62,595 bases of DNA. Source: Candidatus Culexarchaeum nevadense (GTDB lineage Archaea; Thermoproteota; Methanomethylicia; Culexarchaeales; Culexarchaeaceae). The position numbers were made by a program, and so were the translations under genes. Of the stretch, positions 1 through 10,048 are shown piece after piece (positions within the stretch are counted from its first letter, which is position 1; each line of letters opens with the position of its first letter). The notes below the pieces were generated by a model. It ran no database searches, was not told the DNA's origin, and saw only the letters and a program-made list of their open reading frames with translations. Location of the stretch: assembly GCA_025060975.1 (NCBI GenBank), contig JANZKA010000004.1, positions 1 to 62,595 on the forward strand, given 5' to 3'.

Positions 1-285
1 GGACTAAGATTTGGAGAAATGGAGAGAGACTGCTTAATAAGTCATGGAGCATCAATGTTGCTAAAAGATAGATTATTGGAAGAATCCGACAAAACAACTA
101 TATATGTATGTGAAAGATGCGGAACTATAGCATATTATGATGGGAATAGAAAAGAATATGTTTGCAGAATTTGTGGAGATAAGGCAAAAATTTCACCAGT
201 AATAATGTCGTATGCATTCAAACTACTCTTACAAGAATTAATGAGTTTAACAATCATGCCGAAAATAATTTTGGAGGAGATGTGA
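1..285 (+). CDS. rpoB: DNA-directed RNA polymerase subunit B, C-terminal fragment (gene begins before the window)
   Basis: [16 protein letters not shown] from base 1, Zn-binding CERC...CRIC and [13 protein letters not shown] are hallmark Rpo2 C-terminal motifs; directly upstream of rpoA1. Confidence 0.97.
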   Translation, partial: GLRFGEMERDCLISHGASMLLKDRLLEESDKTTIYVCERCGTIAYYDGNRKEYVCRICGDKAKISPVIMSYAFKLLLQELMSLTIMPKIILEEM

Positions 286-286
286 T

Positions 287-2944
287 ATGGAAAGCATTAT
301 TGAAACATACAAGAAAATAAAATCAATACAGTTTGGATTACTATCACCAGATGTTATTAGAAAAATGTCAGTTGCAATAATATCCACACCAGACACATAT
401 GATGAAGATGGATGGCCAATAGATGGAGGATTAATGGATAGAAGACTTGGAACTATAGAGCCAAGCCAGAAATGTGCCACCTGCGGCAATAGAATGGGAG
501 AATGTCCAGGACACTTTGGACACATAGAATTAGCAAGACCAGTAATACATGTTGGATTTGCAAAGATAATACACCAGCTATTGAGAGCAACCTGTAGAAG
601 ATGTGGAAGAATACTCTTAACACAAGAAGAAATAAGTAATTATAAAAGGATAATTAACGAATACTCAAAACGCTGGCCTGAATTACTGAATGACCTCTAT
701 ACAAAGATACTTTCTAAATGCCTAAAAACGAAGGAATGTCCACATTGCAATGAAGTACAGTACAAAGTGAAGCTAGAGAAACCAACAACATACTATGAAG
801 AAACAAAAGAAGGAGTTATAAGATTATCCCCAATAGAGATAAGAGCGAGACTTGAGAGAATACCAGATGAAGATTTAACTCTACTGGGAATAGATCCAAA
901 AAATTCAAGACCAGAATGGATGGTATTAACAGTTCTACCAGTCCCACCAATAGCGGTAAGACCATCAATAACATTAGAATCTGGAGTTAGATCAGAAGAC
1001 GATTTAACACATAAATTAGTGGACATTGTACGTATAAATGAACGTTTAAAAGAGAACATAGATGCAGGAGCTCCACAACTAATAATCGAAGATTTATGGG
1101 AACTACTACAGTACCACGTGAATACATACTTTGACAATGAAGTATCAGGAATACCCCCAGCACGCCATAGATCTGGAAGACCTCTAAGAACATTAACACA
1201 AAGATTGAAAGGTAAAGAGGGGAGATTTAGAAGTAACTTATCTGGAAAGAGAGTTGACTTTTCAGCTAGAACCGTAATATCACCAGACCCAAACATAAGC
1301 ATAAATGAAGTCGGTGTACCAGAAAAAATAGCAAAAATATTAACAGTACCAGAAAGAGTTACCCCTTGGAATATTGAGGAACTCAGAAAACTTGTTTTAA
1401 ATGGACCCTTCAAACATCCAGGGGCAAATTACATAATCAGACCAGACGGTAGAAGAATAGACCTAAGGTATCCAAAGGATTTAAGCACCATAGCCAACAA
1501 TCTAGCACCAGGATACATAGTTGAAAGACATATAAGAGATGGAGACATAGTAATATTTAATCGCCAACCATCCTTACACAGAATGTCAATAATGGCTCAC
1601 AAAGTAAAAGTATTACCATACAAGACATTCAGATTAAATCTATGTGTATGCCCACCATACAATGCAGACTTTGATGGAGATGAAATGAATCTACATGTAC
1701 CACAAAGCGAAGAAGCAAGAGCTGAAGCAGCAATACTAATGCTAGTACAAGAACAGATATTATCACCAAGATATGGAGGCCCAATTATGGGTGCACTACA
1801 AGACTACATAACAGGAGCATACATGCTTACAAGGAAAGAAACTTTATTAAGTAAAGAGGAAGTTTGCAAACTACTATATGCCGCGGGATACGACGGTCCA
1901 CTACCTCCACCGATAATAAGAGAACCAAAAGAAATGTGGTCTGGAAAACAAATTGTAAGTATATTCTTACCGCCAGATTTAAACTTTGAGAAGAAAGCAA
2001 ATATATGCAATAAATGTGATGAATGTAAAAAGGAAAAATGTCCATATGACGCATACGTAGTTATAAGGAAAGGAAAACTAATCTCAGGAGTTTTTGATAA
2101 AAAGATCATAGGTGCAGGACAGCCAGAAAGCTTACTTCATGAAATTATCAAAAAATATGGATCAGAAGCCGCTAAAAAGTTTATGGACCAAGTTTTCAAA
2201 CTCTTCCTAGCATACATAGATATGCATGGATTCACAATTAAAATGGATGACCAAAGCATACCAATTGAGACCAGGGAAGTCATAAAAGGTGTACTCAAAA
2301 AAACTGAAGAAGACACAAAAGAGATTATAAGGGCATATAAGGAAGGAGAATTACAAAGATTACCAGGAAGAACACTTGAAGAGACCTTCGAAATGAAGAT
2401 GATGGAAGTACTAAGCAATGCAAGGGATACTGCTGGAAAAATAGCCGCAGAATACCTAGGTTTAGACAATAGTGCTGTTATAATGGCAAAAACAGGGGCT
2501 AGAGGAAACATACTCAACCTAACACAAATGGCAGCAGTCATAGGACAACAGTCAGTAAGAGGTGAAAGAATAACACGGGGATACAATAATAGAACACTCC
2601 CACACTTCAAATGGGGGGACATAGGCGCAGCTGCAAAAGGATTTGTTTACAGCTCCTATAAAACAGGATTAAACCCGCTAGAATTCTTCTTCCACAGCAT
2701 GGGTGGAAGAGAAGGACTTGTAGACACAGCAGTAAGAACATCACAAAGTGGATATATGCAGAGAAGATTAATGAATGCACTACAAGACCTTAAAGTGGAA
2801 TACGATGGAACTGTAAGAAATGCAAGTGGAAAGATAATTCAGTTCATCTATGGAGAAGATGGAGTACACCCAGCAAAAAGCTACCATGGTAAAGCCATAG
2901 ATGTTGACAAAATAATAAAAGAAGTTTTAATGGAGGAAGGTTAA
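287..2944 (+). CDS. rpoA1: DNA-directed RNA polymerase subunit A'
   Basis: Catalytic [33 protein letters not shown]; 885 aa. Confidence 0.99.
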   Translation: MESIIETYKKIKSIQFGLLSPDVIRKMSVAIISTPDTYDEDGWPIDGGLMDRRLGTIEPSQKCATCGNRMGECPGHFGHIELARPVIHVGFAKIIHQLLRATCRRCGRILLTQEEISNYKRIINEYSKRWPELLNDLYTKILSKCLKTKECPHCNEVQYKVKLEKPTTYYEETKEGVIRLSPIEIRARLERIPDEDLTLLGIDPKNSRPEWMVLTVLPVPPIAVRPSITLESGVRSEDDLTHKLVDIVRINERLKENIDAGAPQLIIEDLWELLQYHVNTYFDNEVSGIPPARHRSGRPLRTLTQRLKGKEGRFRSNLSGKRVDFSARTVISPDPNISINEVGVPEKIAKILTVPERVTPWNIEELRKLVLNGPFKHPGANYIIRPDGRRIDLRYPKDLSTIANNLAPGYIVERHIRDGDIVIFNRQPSLHRMSIMAHKVKVLPYKTFRLNLCVCPPYNADFDGDEMNLHVPQSEEARAEAAILMLVQEQILSPRYGGPIMGALQDYITGAYMLTRKETLLSKEEVCKLLYAAGYDGPLPPPIIREPKEMWSGKQIVSIFLPPDLNFEKKANICNKCDECKKEKCPYDAYVVIRKGKLISGVFDKKIIGAGQPESLLHEIIKKYGSEAAKKFMDQVFKLFLAYIDMHGFTIKMDDQSIPIETREVIKGVLKKTEEDTKEIIRAYKEGELQRLPGRTLEETFEMKMMEVLSNARDTAGKIAAEYLGLDNSAVIMAKTGARGNILNLTQMAAVIGQQSVRGERITRGYNNRTLPHFKWGDIGAAAKGFVYSSYKTGLNPLEFFFHSMGGREGLVDTAVRTSQSGYMQRRLMNALQDLKVEYDGTVRNASGKIIQFIYGEDGVHPAKSYHGKAIDVDKIIKEVLMEEG

Positions 2945-2946
2945 AA

Positions 2947-4125
2947 ATGGAAACATTAACCAAAGAAGACATACTTAAAGAGATAGAAAAGGTAAGTAAC
3001 ATACTTCCAGCATCAATAATTGAAGAATTAAAGGTGAAACTTCAAAACATTAAACTCACAAAAAAATCCTTAGAAAAGATACTCAACAGAGTTATAAATG
3101 AATATCTAAATTCACTTGTAGAGCCCGGAGAGCCAGTTGGAGCTGTAGCAGCACAATCTGTAGGTGAACCAAGCACGCAAATGACTCTCAGAACATTCCA
3201 CTACGCAGGGGTCAGAGAATTCAACGTAACTTTAGGACTACCAAGATTAATAGAAGTATTGGATGCTAGAAGAACACCCTCAACACCAATGATGACAATA
3301 TATTTAGATGAAGAACACAAGTACGATGAAGAGAAAGCGAAAGAGGTAGCAAGAATGATAGAAACAACATACATTGAAAACATTATAAAGAATGTTGAAA
3401 TAGACTTTGTATCAGCATCCATAACATTAATAATGGATTTAGAGGTAATGAAAGACAAAGGGATAGATATAGAAAGCGTAGTTAATCTCATTGAAAAGAT
3501 GAATATAGGGGAAGTGGAAGTACAAGGGGAAGATAAAATAGTCATACATACAAACATATATGAAATAAACAAACTACAGAAGATTAAAAATAGAATAATG
3601 AGCACAAAGGTAAAGGGAGTAAAAGGAGTGCACCGTGTAATTGTAAGGAAAGAAAAGAACGAATATGTACTCTACACAGAAGGATCGAATTTAGCCGCAG
3701 TACTCAGAATAAAAGGAGTAGATGCAACAAGAGTCTACACAAATAATATACATGAAATAGAAGAAGTTTTAGGGATAGAAGCAGCAAGAAATGCCATAAT
3801 AAAGGAGGCTATGGGAGTTCTAGAAGAACAAGGATTAGATGTTGATATAAGACATGTAATGTTAATAGCAGATTTAATGACTGCAGATGGAACAATCAAG
3901 CAAATAGGTAGACATGGAGTAAGTGGGGAAAAACCAAGCGTATTAGCAAGAGCGGCCTTCGAAGTCACAATTAATCATCTGCTTGAAGCAAGTGTACGTG
4001 GTGAAAAAGACGAACTACTTGGAGTCACAGAAAACGTGATAGTTGGACAAATAGTACCAGTAGGTACTGGGATAGTTCAAATGCTTATGACGATGAGAAG
4101 CGCTAAAAATGAGGGAAAAAATTAA
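2947..4125 (+). CDS. rpoA2: DNA-directed RNA polymerase subunit A''
   Basis: AAQSVGEPSTQMTLRTFHYAG, TLGLPRLIE, VLARAAFE. Confidence 0.99.
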   Translation: METLTKEDILKEIEKVSNILPASIIEELKVKLQNIKLTKKSLEKILNRVINEYLNSLVEPGEPVGAVAAQSVGEPSTQMTLRTFHYAGVREFNVTLGLPRLIEVLDARRTPSTPMMTIYLDEEHKYDEEKAKEVARMIETTYIENIIKNVEIDFVSASITLIMDLEVMKDKGIDIESVVNLIEKMNIGEVEVQGEDKIVIHTNIYEINKLQKIKNRIMSTKVKGVKGVHRVIVRKEKNEYVLYTEGSNLAAVLRIKGVDATRVYTNNIHEIEEVLGIEAARNAIIKEAMGVLEEQGLDVDIRHVMLIADLMTADGTIKQIGRHGVSGEKPSVLARAAFEVTINHLLEASVRGEKDELLGVTENVIVGQIVPVGTGIVQMLMTMRSAKNEGKN

Positions 4126-4190
4126 ATTAATCCCTACTGTACCTTAAATATGAAGCAAAAGTGGCTTGAAGTGCTTGGACGTGGGAAGCA

Positions 4191-4514
4191 ATGTCAATAA
4201 AAATCGAAAGAGAACTTCAAGTAATAGCTAAAACGGGAAAAATGGTGTTTGGATCAAAGAGCGCTATAAAAAATGCTAAACTTGGAAAAGCAAAAATGAT
4301 AATAATTTCGTCAACTATACCAGAAGACATAAAGGCCGACATACAATACTACTCAAAACTTTCACGTATACCAGTAATTGAATTTAAAGGATCAAGCTGG
4401 GATCTTGGAGCAGTCTGTGGAAAACCATATATGATATCAGCAATATCAATACTTGATTTCGGAGAATCTGAACTACAAAAATTAGTGGAAGGTGATGCAA
4501 AATCCCAAGCATAA
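4191..4514 (+). CDS. rpl30e: 50S ribosomal protein L30e
   Basis: KTGKMVFGSK, DLGAVCGKPY; conserved position after rpoA2. Confidence 0.96.
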   Translation: MSIKIERELQVIAKTGKMVFGSKSAIKNAKLGKAKMIIISSTIPEDIKADIQYYSKLSRIPVIEFKGSSWDLGAVCGKPYMISAISILDFGESELQKLVEGDAKSQA

Positions 4515-4936
4515 AATTAACAATAGATGAAATTCACTATATATCGCTATTTGAAAGTTTAACTGGAGCAGTTACGAAAGATTGCATAATAGATGAAAGT
4601 AATGATAGAATTATATTCATAGTCAGACAAGGAGATATGGGATTAGCAATAGGTAAGGGAGGAATAAACATAAAGAGACTGAAAAACATATTAAATAAAA
4701 ACATTGAAGTTGTAGAGTACGCAGACGACCCTGAAACTCTAATAAAACATGCTTTGGCACCAGCAAGAGTAAAAAGCGTAAAAATTACAAAAACACCAGA
4801 CGGACAAAAAGCAGCCTACGTGACTGTAGAACCACAAGATAAGGGAATAGCCATTGGGAAAGATGGTAAAAACATTTTAAAAGCAAAGTTAATTGCCAAA
4901 AGATACTTCGATATAGAGAAAATAGTTATGATATGA
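4502..4936 (+). CDS. nusA: Archaeal NusA-like KH-domain transcription factor; probable non-canonical ATC start
   Basis: Frame open from 4496 (in-frame TGA at 4493-4495). Reads IPSIKLTIDEIHYISLFESLTGAVTKDCIID...GDMGLAIGKGGINIK...AIGKDGKNI. The ORF-track ATG at 4637 omits the conserved N-terminus. Confidence 0.93.
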   Translation: MPSIKLTIDEIHYISLFESLTGAVTKDCIIDESNDRIIFIVRQGDMGLAIGKGGINIKRLKNILNKNIEVVEYADDPETLIKHALAPARVKSVKITKTPDGQKAAYVTVEPQDKGIAIGKDGKNILKAKLIAKRYFDIEKIVMI

Positions 4937-4970
4937 GTTTATAAATTGTAGTATCGGTATAATTTAATTC

Positions 4971-5693
4971 ATGAATAATGATATTGGCTTCATATCTTCA
5001 AAGGCATTCTACAAAGACGTTATATTTGAAGGGAAATGTATAGTTCTCGGAAAAACAAAAATAGGATCTAACACAATAGTAGGGGAGGGAAGCATAATAG
5101 GCTACCCTACGAAAACTGCTGTAAAAAAACTAATAAAAGAAAAGGAAGTAAACTGGTTGAAATATGATGAGATAAGTGAAGGTGCGATTATAGGTGAAAA
5201 CAGCATAATACGTTCAGGAACAATAATATATGAACAGGTAAGTATTGGAAAAAACTTCGAGGGAGGACACAGGATACTAATAAGAGAAAAAACGATCATA
5301 GGGGAAAACGTTAAAATAGGGACAGACACTGTAATAGATGGACAGGTAATAATAGGTAATAATGTAAACATACAAACAGCAGTATATATACCACCAAAAT
5401 GTGTAATAGAAGACTATGTGTTCATAGCACCAAGAGTTTGCTTTACTAATGATAAGTACCCACCAAGCAAAAGGCTATGTGGAGTTACTGTCAAGAGAGG
5501 GGCTGTGCTAGGAGCAAATTGCACACTAATCTCAGGGGTAACTATAGGAGAGAACGCCGTAGTAGCAGCTGGAGCTGTTGTCACGAGGGATGTACCAAAC
5601 AACGTTGTTGTAGCAGGAGTACCTGCCAGAATTATTTCAACTAGAGGAGAATATGAAGACAAGAAGAGTATGTGGGAAATCAAATCTACCTAA
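4971..5693 (+). CDS. Hexapeptide-repeat (left-handed beta-helix) acyltransferase, WbpD/WxcM-like
   Basis: Repeated [IV]GxNxxI hexapeptides, [17 protein letters not shown]...[10 protein letters not shown]. Confidence 0.88.
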   Translation: MNNDIGFISSKAFYKDVIFEGKCIVLGKTKIGSNTIVGEGSIIGYPTKTAVKKLIKEKEVNWLKYDEISEGAIIGENSIIRSGTIIYEQVSIGKNFEGGHRILIREKTIIGENVKIGTDTVIDGQVIIGNNVNIQTAVYIPPKCVIEDYVFIAPRVCFTNDKYPPSKRLCGVTVKRGAVLGANCTLISGVTIGENAVVAAGAVVTRDVPNNVVVAGVPARIISTRGEYEDKKSMWEIKST

Positions 5694-6126
5694 CAGGTTT
5701 TTGTTTCTTACCTTTCAATAATGCATCCAAAGAGACCCCATTAACTTTTATAACTTTATACCTGACCCCAGGAAGGTCACCATAAGCTCTACCCATAGGT
5801 CCACCTATACCCTCTATGATTACCTCATCATGCTCTTCAACAAAATTGAGTGCCCCATCCTTAGGCAAGAAGGCTGTTACCTGCTTACCATTCTTTATAA
5901 GTTGGACTCTAACACACTTTCTAACAGCAGAGTTTGGCTGTCTGCTCTCCACACCAACTTTCTCGATAACTATCCCCCTAGCTTGAGGAGCGCCCTCCAA
6001 AGGATCTGCCTTAACATCAAGCATAAGCATTCTCCTTTTATAATCTCTTTGTTTCCATCTGAACTTCTTTCTCTTAGCTTTAAGCTTTCTTGCCGCGTAC
6101 AGTCCACGGGGGGATTTTGAACCCAA
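5686..6126 (-). CDS. rps12: 30S ribosomal protein S12 (uS12)
   Basis: [30 protein letters not shown]; TTG start after GGTGAG. Confidence 0.98.
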   Translation of the reverse strand: MGSKSPRGLYAARKLKAKRKKFRWKQRDYKRRMLMLDVKADPLEGAPQARGIVIEKVGVESRQPNSAVRKCVRVQLIKNGKQVTAFLPKDGALNFVEEHDEVIIEGIGGPMGRAYGDLPGVRYKVIKVNGVSLDALLKGKKQKPVR

Positions 6127-6175
6127 TATCTCACCTTACATAATATAACTTTAAATTAAATCAAGAAATCATGCA

Positions 6176-6190
6176 CTTAAATATTTTTCT
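6176..6190 (-). promoter_or_regulatory. Putative BRE/TATA promoter of rps12
   Basis: Minus strand reads AGAAAAATATTTAAG, a purine-rich BRE plus TATA-like box about 50 nt upstream of the rps12 start. Confidence 0.45.
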
Positions 6191-6233
6191 TAACATAAAT
6201 TAGGGTTTAGGGTTAATGTTAAAATTGTTGTTA

Positions 6234-7193
6234 TTAAACATTTTCACATTTACTCTTAAGATTCTCCCAAACAGCATCTACATACTCTTGCAACCTCTTT
6301 ATAATCCATTGATTTTGTGGAGTGAATAGATGACTGAACCTACCTTGAACTTTAAGGAACTCCTCTACTGGCTTTTTCATTCCTGGATTTTTAGCTATCG
6401 CTAAGCTTCTATCAGTTAACCTGTATACGCCATTGTCATATTCCCAAAGTGGAAAATAACATGTTTCAACAGCTTTCTTACAAATGTCAATAGTAAGAGA
6501 CTCGCTATATCTCCAACCTCTTGGACAAGGAGACAATGCATGTATAAATGTGGGACCATTAACTTCAAGAGCCTTCCTAGCTTTCCTAATTAAATCCAGA
6601 TAATGTGCAGGAGTTGCTGTAGCAACATATGGCACCCTATGTGCAACAACTATATCTGCTATTGGCTTTTTATTTTCAGGTTTACCTGGAATAACTTTTC
6701 CAGCGGGTGTTGTAGTTGTTGATGCTCCAAGAGGTGTTCCACCACTTCTCTGAATTCCAGTATTCATGTAAGCTTCATTATCAAGCAGAACATACAGGAA
6801 ATCATGCCCTCTTTCTAATGCTCCACTCAATGCTTGGATTCCTATATCATAAGTTCCACCATCACCTGCAAAGGCTATAACGTCTATGTGATCATACTTG
6901 CTTCTCCCCTTTTCACGTAGAATTTTTGAGGCTGCTTCTATCCCGGAAGCTACTGCAGCAACATTTTCAAAGGCAACATGAATCCAAGGTACATTCCAAG
7001 AGGTATACGGGTATATGCTAGTTGAAACTTCAAGACAACCTGTGGCCGTTGCAACTATAGTTGGACCCCTCGTGGCAAGCAAAACTTGCTTCACTACTAT
7101 GGGCTCTGCACAACCAGCACAAAGCCTATGACCTGGAAGCAATCCGAGGGGTTTCCTTGCAGCTTCCCTAATATTAAATCTGAATGTGCTCAT
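6234..7193 (-). CDS. porB: Pyruvate/2-ketoisovalerate:ferredoxin oxidoreductase beta subunit (TPP-binding)
   Basis: GHRLCAGC, ATGCLEV, GDGGTYDIG...DNEAYMNTGIQRS, SPCPRGW. Confidence 0.93.
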   Translation of the reverse strand: MSTFRFNIREAARKPLGLLPGHRLCAGCAEPIVVKQVLLATRGPTIVATATGCLEVSTSIYPYTSWNVPWIHVAFENVAAVASGIEAASKILREKGRSKYDHIDVIAFAGDGGTYDIGIQALSGALERGHDFLYVLLDNEAYMNTGIQRSGGTPLGASTTTTPAGKVIPGKPENKKPIADIVVAHRVPYVATATPAHYLDLIRKARKALEVNGPTFIHALSPCPRGWRYSESLTIDICKKAVETCYFPLWEYDNGVYRLTDRSLAIAKNPGMKKPVEEFLKVQGRFSHLFTPQNQWIIKRLQEYVDAVWENLKSKCENV

Positions 7194-7194
7194 A

Positions 7195-8397
7195 TTACCT
7201 CACCCCCAGGAATTTTACTTCTCCACCTTCCAATTTTGGCAACTCCTCAAACATCTTCTCAATCAAAGCTGGCGGCGTATCCCTACCGCCCAAACCATAT
7301 ATGTAATTGATGATTTTAGGCTTCCTCTTACTATTATAGAATGCCGCTAAAGTTTCTACATAAACGGGACCTCCAATTCCACCATAAGCGCCACTTCTAT
7401 CCATAACGCCGATGACCTCAACATCTTTTAGCGCATCAACAATCTCTCTATACGGAAATGGTCTAAAAGTTCTAAGTCTAAGCACACCAACTTTCTTACC
7501 TTTATTCCTAAGTTTTTTAACTATACTTCTAACAGTACCAGCTGTAGACCCTAAAACTATAACTGCCACTTCAGCATCTTCTAAACCGTACCCATCTATA
7601 AATCCATCCCCATATCTTCTACCACTAATCTCATAATATTCGTCATTAATCTTCCTAATAACTGGTCTGGACTTCTCTATAGCTTCATGTTGCTGGACTT
7701 TATGCTCAAAGTAGTAGTCGTATAAATCTAGTGAACCGAATGTTAATGGATTTTCAGGGTCTAGAATCATTGGAACCTTCCCCATCCCTGGAATCTCTAT
7801 CTCCACAGGCTTCCTTACACCAACAAACCGTTTCACAACATCATCTGGAAGTACTTCAACTCTCTGCAAAGTATGACTAATAGTAAAGCCATCTATTGTT
7901 ACCATCACTGGCAATTGAACATCCTCATGTTCAGCTATCTTGAAAGCTTGAATTACAGCATCATAAGCTTCTTGAGCATCTTCACAATAAATTTGTATCC
8001 AACATGAATCCCTGCACCCCATGCTATCACTATGATCGCAATGTATGTTTATTGGCGCAGATAATGCCCTATTAACAATGGCCATAACTATTGGAAGCCT
8101 AAGCCCAGAAGCTATATACAACATTTCCCACATTAAAGCTAAACCTTGTGAGGAAGTAGCTGTAAAAGTCCTTGCACCAAGAGCTGCAGCCCCAACACAA
8201 ACACTTAATGCCGAATGTTCAGATTCCACTGGAATGAAAGAGCATTTAACTTCCCCGTCAGCAATAAACTCTGAGAATTTCTCAACTATTATAGTCTGCG
8301 GAGTTATTGGATAAGCCGATACAACATCAACATCACATTGCTTAACCGCGAAAGCTATAGCTTCGTTGCCATTAAGTCCCATAACAATTTTATTCAT
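7195..8397 (-). CDS. porA: Pyruvate/2-ketoisovalerate:ferredoxin oxidoreductase alpha subunit
   Basis: AYPITPQT, ESEHSA, TSSQGLALM, YGLGGRD; start taken at ATG 8397. Confidence 0.93.
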   Translation of the reverse strand: MNKIVMGLNGNEAIAFAVKQCDVDVVSAYPITPQTIIVEKFSEFIADGEVKCSFIPVESEHSALSVCVGAAALGARTFTATSSQGLALMWEMLYIASGLRLPIVMAIVNRALSAPINIHCDHSDSMGCRDSCWIQIYCEDAQEAYDAVIQAFKIAEHEDVQLPVMVTIDGFTISHTLQRVEVLPDDVVKRFVGVRKPVEIEIPGMGKVPMILDPENPLTFGSLDLYDYYFEHKVQQHEAIEKSRPVIRKINDEYYEISGRRYGDGFIDGYGLEDAEVAVIVLGSTAGTVRSIVKKLRNKGKKVGVLRLRTFRPFPYREIVDALKDVEVIGVMDRSGAYGGIGGPVYVETLAAFYNSKRKPKIINYIYGLGGRDTPPALIEKMFEELPKLEGGEVKFLGVR

Positions 8398-8402
8398 CAC
8401 CA

Positions 8403-8678
8403 TCACCCTCTCACCATACTTATACATTTAACTGGACATTCATTAGCACATACACCACATCCCTTACAGTAATCATGTTTCTCATGAACCTTTTCACCAT
8501 CCCACTCTATAGCCATATCAGGACAAAGAATCCAACATATTAAACATTTAGTACACTTCGTTTGATCTATTCTCGGTTTAAATGGAGACCAATCCCCAGT
8601 TTTATTTTCAGTAGAAAGCTTCCAGGCAACCCCTCCTATGGGTATCTCCTTCCAACTTCTAAGTTCACTCAACATCAT
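8403..8678 (-). CDS. porD: 2-oxoacid:ferredoxin oxidoreductase delta subunit (2x[4Fe-4S])
   Basis: KTGDW, CTKCLICWILCP and CKGCGVCANECP. Confidence 0.93.
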   Translation of the reverse strand: MMLSELRSWKEIPIGGVAWKLSTENKTGDWSPFKPRIDQTKCTKCLICWILCPDMAIEWDGEKVHEKHDYCKGCGVCANECPVKCISMVRG

Positions 8679-9240
8679 TCACCCCCCTAGTCTCAGAATA
8701 TGCTTTCTCTACAACCTTTATATTTAATTCAGCAATCTTAGCAGGGAACCTTCCCCTCAAAACCTCTTTAACACTATCCAAACTTACGATTTTAATAACT
8801 CTGATAAGACTGCCAATCATGGCGGTATTAGTTATTGGTCTCCCAAGAATTTCCAACGCTATTTCAGTAGCTGGAACAGTATACACAGTCTGCCTACCAG
8901 ATACCCTTACCACTTTAAGAATGTCCTTCGGATTCTCCTTTGAATTAACTATAATCTTCCCCTCACTCTTCAATCCCTCAGTTACATTCAGTGAATGTAA
9001 TAACGAATCATCTAAGACTACGACTACATCAGGTTCGTAAATGTTACAGTGTAACTCAATGGGTTCATCACTTATTCTAGTAAATGCCATTACAGGAGCA
9101 CCCATTCTCTCAGGACCAAACGTTGGGAAAGATTGCACATACTTACCTTCCTTTAAAGCAGCTTGGGCAAGTATGTTACTTGCAGTCCAAGCTCCCTGCC
9201 CACCTCTACCATACCATACTAACTCCAACATATCCATCAC
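8665..9240 (-). CDS. porG: 2-oxoacid:ferredoxin oxidoreductase gamma subunit
   Basis: GRGGQGA, FGPERMGAPV, TNTAMIG. Confidence 0.93.
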   Translation of the reverse strand: MMDMLELVWYGRGGQGAWTASNILAQAALKEGKYVQSFPTFGPERMGAPVMAFTRISDEPIELHCNIYEPDVVVVLDDSLLHSLNVTEGLKSEGKIIVNSKENPKDILKVVRVSGRQTVYTVPATEIALEILGRPITNTAMIGSLIRVIKIVSLDSVKEVLRGRFPAKIAELNIKVVEKAYSETRGVNDVE

Positions 9241-9398
9241 AATATATCACGTAAATTCATATAAAACAAATTAACATAAATGTTTCCATACCCCTATAAT
9301 CCATAAAGAGGAAGCAGCATCAGAAACAAACGAAAAACACTAAACAAAATTTAAATTATAGTTCACATCTTTCTTCATGATGAAAAAGTGGTGGAAAA

Positions 9399-9977
9399 TT
9401 GAGTGCACAACAAACAGAGATAAAGCTCTTTGATAAATGGAGTTACCATGATGTAGAAGTTAGAGATCCAGGATTAAGAAGGTACATATGTTTAAAGCCA
9501 GTTTACATTCCACATACTGGAGGCAGACATGAACACAAGAAATTCGGAAAAGCAGAGGTACCAATAGTTGAAAGGTTAATAAATAAATTAATGAGACCAG
9601 GTAAAAATATGGGAAAGAAACATCTTGCAACAAACATAGTTAAACAAGCTTTTGAGATAATACATCTGAGCACAGGCGAAAACCCCATACAAGTATTAGT
9701 TAGAGCAATAGAAAATTCAGCTCCAAGGGAAGAAACCACCAGAATAATGTATGGTGGAATAGTTTACCATCAATCAGTAGATATATCACCACTTAGAAGA
9801 CTAAACTTAGCACTAAAATTCATAACTGAGGGTGCAAGAAGCGCAGCTTTCGGAAATCCAAAAAGCATTGAAGAAGCTTTGGCTGAAGAAATCATAAAAG
9901 CAGCTAAATCAGATCCATCATCATACGCGATACAAAAGAAGGAGGAAATAGAAAGGATAGCTTTAGCTTCAAGGTAA
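9399..9977 (+). CDS. rps7: 30S ribosomal protein S7 (uS7)
   Basis: [40 protein letters not shown]. Confidence 0.98.
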   Translation: MSAQQTEIKLFDKWSYHDVEVRDPGLRRYICLKPVYIPHTGGRHEHKKFGKAEVPIVERLINKLMRPGKNMGKKHLATNIVKQAFEIIHLSTGENPIQVLVRAIENSAPREETTRIMYGGIVYHQSVDISPLRRLNLALKFITEGARSAAFGNPKSIEEALAEEIIKAAKSDPSSYAIQKKEEIERIALASR

Positions 9978-9993
9978 ACTTAATTTAAGACCA

Positions 9994-10008
9994 CAAAAAA
10001 CTTAAATA
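9994..10008 (+). promoter_or_regulatory. Putative BRE/TATA promoter of EF-1alpha
   Basis: CAAAAAACTTAAATA about 40 nt upstream of the tuf ATG. Confidence 0.45.
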
Positions 10009-10048
10009 TGAAAGTAATTCACTAATTTGCGAGAAAGGAGATGGTAGT

